Below are positions 53,310-64,000 of a stretch of 64,000 nt of DNA, one piece after another. The stretch is taken from positions 25,780-89,779 of the forward strand of contig CAXHJY010000158.1 in NCBI GenBank assembly GCA_964016885.1, in the 5' to 3' direction. The notes under the pieces were generated by a model that searched no databases, was not told the DNA's origin, and worked only from the letters and a program-made list of their open reading frames with translations. Positions within the stretch are counted from its first letter, which is position 1, and every line of letters begins with the position of its first letter. This stretch comes from Eledone cirrhosa. Lineage: Eukaryota. The translations under genes and the position numbers were made by a program.

Positions 53310-55593
53310 ATATATATATATATACTATACTCTGCTATGTATTGAGTACCTTACTTACTGTGGTTACCCCCGACTGAACCCGGGATTTATATATATATAA
53401 GAACTGAATTATTTACAATCTAAACTATAATAAAGGAAGGACTGCGTATGGTTTATTTTTTTTTATCCCGTTAGTAAAATAAGTTGGATTACTTTGAATA
53501 AATAATGAATGAATATTACATAATTTATCTACTAAATTTCGTAAAAATAAATAATTTAAAATTGATTTCTTTTCGAAGTTGCACTTCATGGATTCATAAG
53601 ACAGTAACAACGTCTTCGTTCAATTTCTGTTTATATTGTCAATTACGATTTTATTTGATGCATCATATCTACATGTATATATACTTGCGTATAATATCAA
53701 TATACACACTACACATGCTAGCAGAAAACCACCCGAGGGTGGTTTTTCTGCTAGTATAGATAATTATACAAGTGCAAGCAAGCCAATTTAAAATTCAACA
53801 TTATCTCCCATTTCTCCTTAAAGTTGGCGAAGAGTTAATAATTATTTAGGGTTTGAAAGTTTAAGCGGCGACTTCAAGAAATGCAAATTACAATCATCGC
53901 AATTCATCATCCTTATTGTTATTGTTGTTGAATCATGACACACTGCACCTGCTTCCGTCACTATGCTACTGAGCTCACTTAGAGACGGCAGGTACTTAAT
54001 CAAAACTTGAATAATTTCAAACACTTAAAAAAGAATTTAAGGATAATAAAAAAAAGAAGCAAATAATACAAATACAAAACTCACGAATAATAGGTAAAAG
54101 TAAAACATTGTCATTTTAATAAACAAAAAAAAAAAATTATTTACCTTAATCATAGACGCAAACTGGTAATTAGTGTATTAAAATCCAATAGGTTAGCTTA
54201 TATATTTAAAAGCAAATGGTAAAAATGAAGATATTTACATGTATGTATTTGTATTAAACGCGTATTTTTAAATGTGCACACACTTCAATACGCAACAAAT
54301 ACTCTCTCACACACACGCATATATATATATATATATATATATGTGTGTATATATATATATAAACGAAGTGATTTGATAAACGGTTGTGTAGTTATATTCC
54401 GATTGCAGCGAATATCAAATAATAAATAATAAAACAATAATATTCGATGATTAAGGTAAAAGAAACATTTTAAAATACTTGTGTATATATTTCACGATTT
54501 CTCCCCCGCTCTCTTCTCCATTTTATATATTTTAAAAAAATCGTGTGTACAATCTCATAAAATTTCAATTTCTTTTCTATATCCTAATGATTTGTTACGA
54601 TAAGTGTATGTATATAAATATGTGTATATGTATATATATGTGTGTGTATATGTAAATGTATGTATATTTTATATATATATATATACTAAAACGCACACGA
54701 GTATGCAAACGATATGTTTATGTATATTTACACAGACCTATCTATGTAACTATGCTGGCTGCTGTGTTTATGTTACATTCATGGTGGAAGCTTAATGCTT
54801 CGCTTCTTTTCACTCGGTATAACCTCCGTTTACATTCCAGATCGGTGTATGTCATACAAACCAAGACAGATCTATCTATCTCTATATATATATATCCGTT
54901 GTATATTTGTATATATTCAAAAGTCTCTTATTGTTTTATGTTTATGATCCACACGAGAAATTTAAGAAATAAATGTGTATGTTTATATACATGTAGTTGT
55001 ATAAGGATGTATATATATATATATGCGAAAGTTTATAGATTAGTGACGGTACGGCGATGTAGTGTAGATTTATATTTACTTATATATAAGTATTTTTATG
55101 ACTATATATATGTACATATACACTTGAATGTTTAAACAGTTTTGTGCGCGTTTATAAACTAAAAGTTAGATTATAATAACTTGCTTATGAATGTTGATGT
55201 GCATGTTTACACAAATATAAATATACTTGCTTAAATATGTTTATATATATATGTATATATATATACGTGTCTGTGTATAAAGGGTTTTTGTTTGTTTGTT
55301 GACCGCGTCCTACATTCTGTTTTGTCTTATTGTTGGCGTGTTTGTTGTTATTGCTGTCGCTGTGTAATGGTAATCAAAGGTTTAAGACAGATTTACAACA
55401 AACAAACCTTCCTGAGAGTTTGGTGTTTTATGCATAATTGCACACACGTAAGGAGAGAAAGAGAGAGCGAGCGAACATGGGAGAGAGAGAAAGAAGAGAA
55501 GTAACAATTTCCACGACACGGTAACAACATTTAGAAGCTTTGCTGTTGTTTGTTGTGAGTGAGTAAATATGTATATGTGTTTCCATGAGAAAA

Positions 55594-55890
55594 ATGGCGA
55601 GAACCGTAACAACACGTCTGATCACCTCTTTGTAAGTGTAACAGAGAATGTATTGCGACTAGACTTAAGTTATCCGAGCTTTTTTCCTTTCCCTTTTTTT
55701 TTTCGTATCTTTTACCATACAGAGGTGGTAGCAGTAGTCAACAAGATGGAAGTGGTAACGCTATCGACAGTAACGTCGGTAGCAAATGATAATGTTGTTT
55801 GTCCTGTTACTCAGTCTCTTCTCTTCACAGTTAATGATGAGACTAGTAGCACCGCCTTCCGACCTACACCTTTCGAGTCTCATGGGAAAT
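55594..55890 (+). other. Candidate host exon-intron-exon structure (intron 55632-55722)
   Basis: GTAAGT donor at 55632; long polypyrimidine tract and CAG acceptor at 55722; ATGs in good context at 55594 (AAAATGG) and 55746 (AAGATGG). No recognisable protein homology. Confidence 0.35.
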
Positions 55891-56640
55891 GTGAATAAAT
55901 TTTAATTTTCTTTTTATTTCCTCATTTTTATATAATTAATTAAGAAACAGATTATGTACAATAATCGGACAAAATGACAGATAATAATTTTAAAACAATT
56001 TATTTAGTTTACGGATTATACCGGAAATCAACGAAAAATTTACGGAATTTTTACATGGTAGGCGTTTGAAAGAATTACAAATGTTCCTTTAAAAAACTAT
56101 ATTTTCTCTCAGGATTTTATTGTTATTTCTAGATATACAAGTAAGATAATTATTTTAAAATAAAACCTAAGAAGAAAAGAGAAAATATACTCGGTAAATT
56201 CCGCAAGCTCTTGGCTATCAGTTTTACAAGTGTGTTCGAAGGTTGTTTTTCATACTACCACACACCTATTAACAATAAAGTCTTAATTCAACATATTCAT
56301 TATATCCATATTTTTTAAAGTAAATCAAAATATAAACATGTTTACATATTTAAAAAATTATCATGAAGTCAATCAATATATTCATAGTTAGTAAATGTTG
56401 CTGTTCCGTTCATATTTTTTTGTTGTAATTTTTATTCCCCGTTAATGGGGAGTTTAGAATATTAATCGTCGACTAAGTTTTAAACTGTATGTCAATGATT
56501 CTTGAATACGGTGTCATGCTACCTGGGTTGCCGTGGATCTTTTGAAAGCTGAAGAAAAAACTCATAAACGGTACTAGAAGATTAATGTTGAAGAAGACAA
56601 ATGTAATCGCGATAAAGTTAAAGTATAAATCTAAAGCTTG

Positions 56641-56684
<44 letters not shown>

Positions 56685-56899
56685 GTATAAGTGTGATGAT
56701 ATATGTATATATACATGTGTGAGTGTGTGTGATGATATATAGATATATATATGTAATATGTAATTCTTTCTACATTTAGCACAAGGTCAGTAATTTGAAA
56801 GGAAAGGGAGGGAAAGTCGATTAAATCGACCCAGTGCGTTATAGGTATCTTATTTTATCGACCCCGTAAGGATGAAAGGCAAAATAATGTATATATGTA

Positions 56900-64000
<7,101 letters not shown>

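Noticed and set aside
53842-54024. 60-aa minus-strand ORF in the unique region
   Set aside because: Short, no ATG start, no recognisable domain or clear splice signals.

Overview
Eukaryotic, AT-rich, repeat-dominated non-coding DNA. The SINE types, RTE LINEs with (GAT)n tails and huge (TA)n arrays suggest a coleoid cephalopod (Octopus); this is inferred from repeat style, not proven. Positions 1-49.4 kb are a nest of retroelements, most sitting in (TA)n microsatellites. They include one full-length RTE LINE with an intact 1056-aa APE-RT ORF (32584-35754) that carries a PHD-type zinc finger inserted inside the RT domain, nine truncated copies of that family, copies of related RTE families, an Expander/Rex3-like RTE relic, an RTEX-like end, an L1/Tx1 LINE, a deleted DD37D (maT) DNA transposon, tRNA-derived SINEs sharing 3' ends with the RTEs, and Penelope-like (PLE) remnants including a GIY-YIG ORF. 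The most notable signal is a set of minimal type-I hammerhead ribozyme motifs. The clearest is a near-identical tandem/inverted array of ~310-bp, highly structured, hammerhead-containing units at 40256-41460, a candidate retrozyme/circular-RNA system. Further hammerhead-bearing fragments have inversions that break at or within ribozyme or hairpin motifs. Positions 50-57 kb are TE-poor and may hold a host promoter and first exons (E2F/CDE-CHR-like motif; a clean 91-nt GT-AG intron). Positions 57-64 kb are a 7-kb (TA/TATG)n array. No host protein-coding gene can be identified with confidence, and all Tyr/Ile-rich ORFs are microsatellite artefacts.
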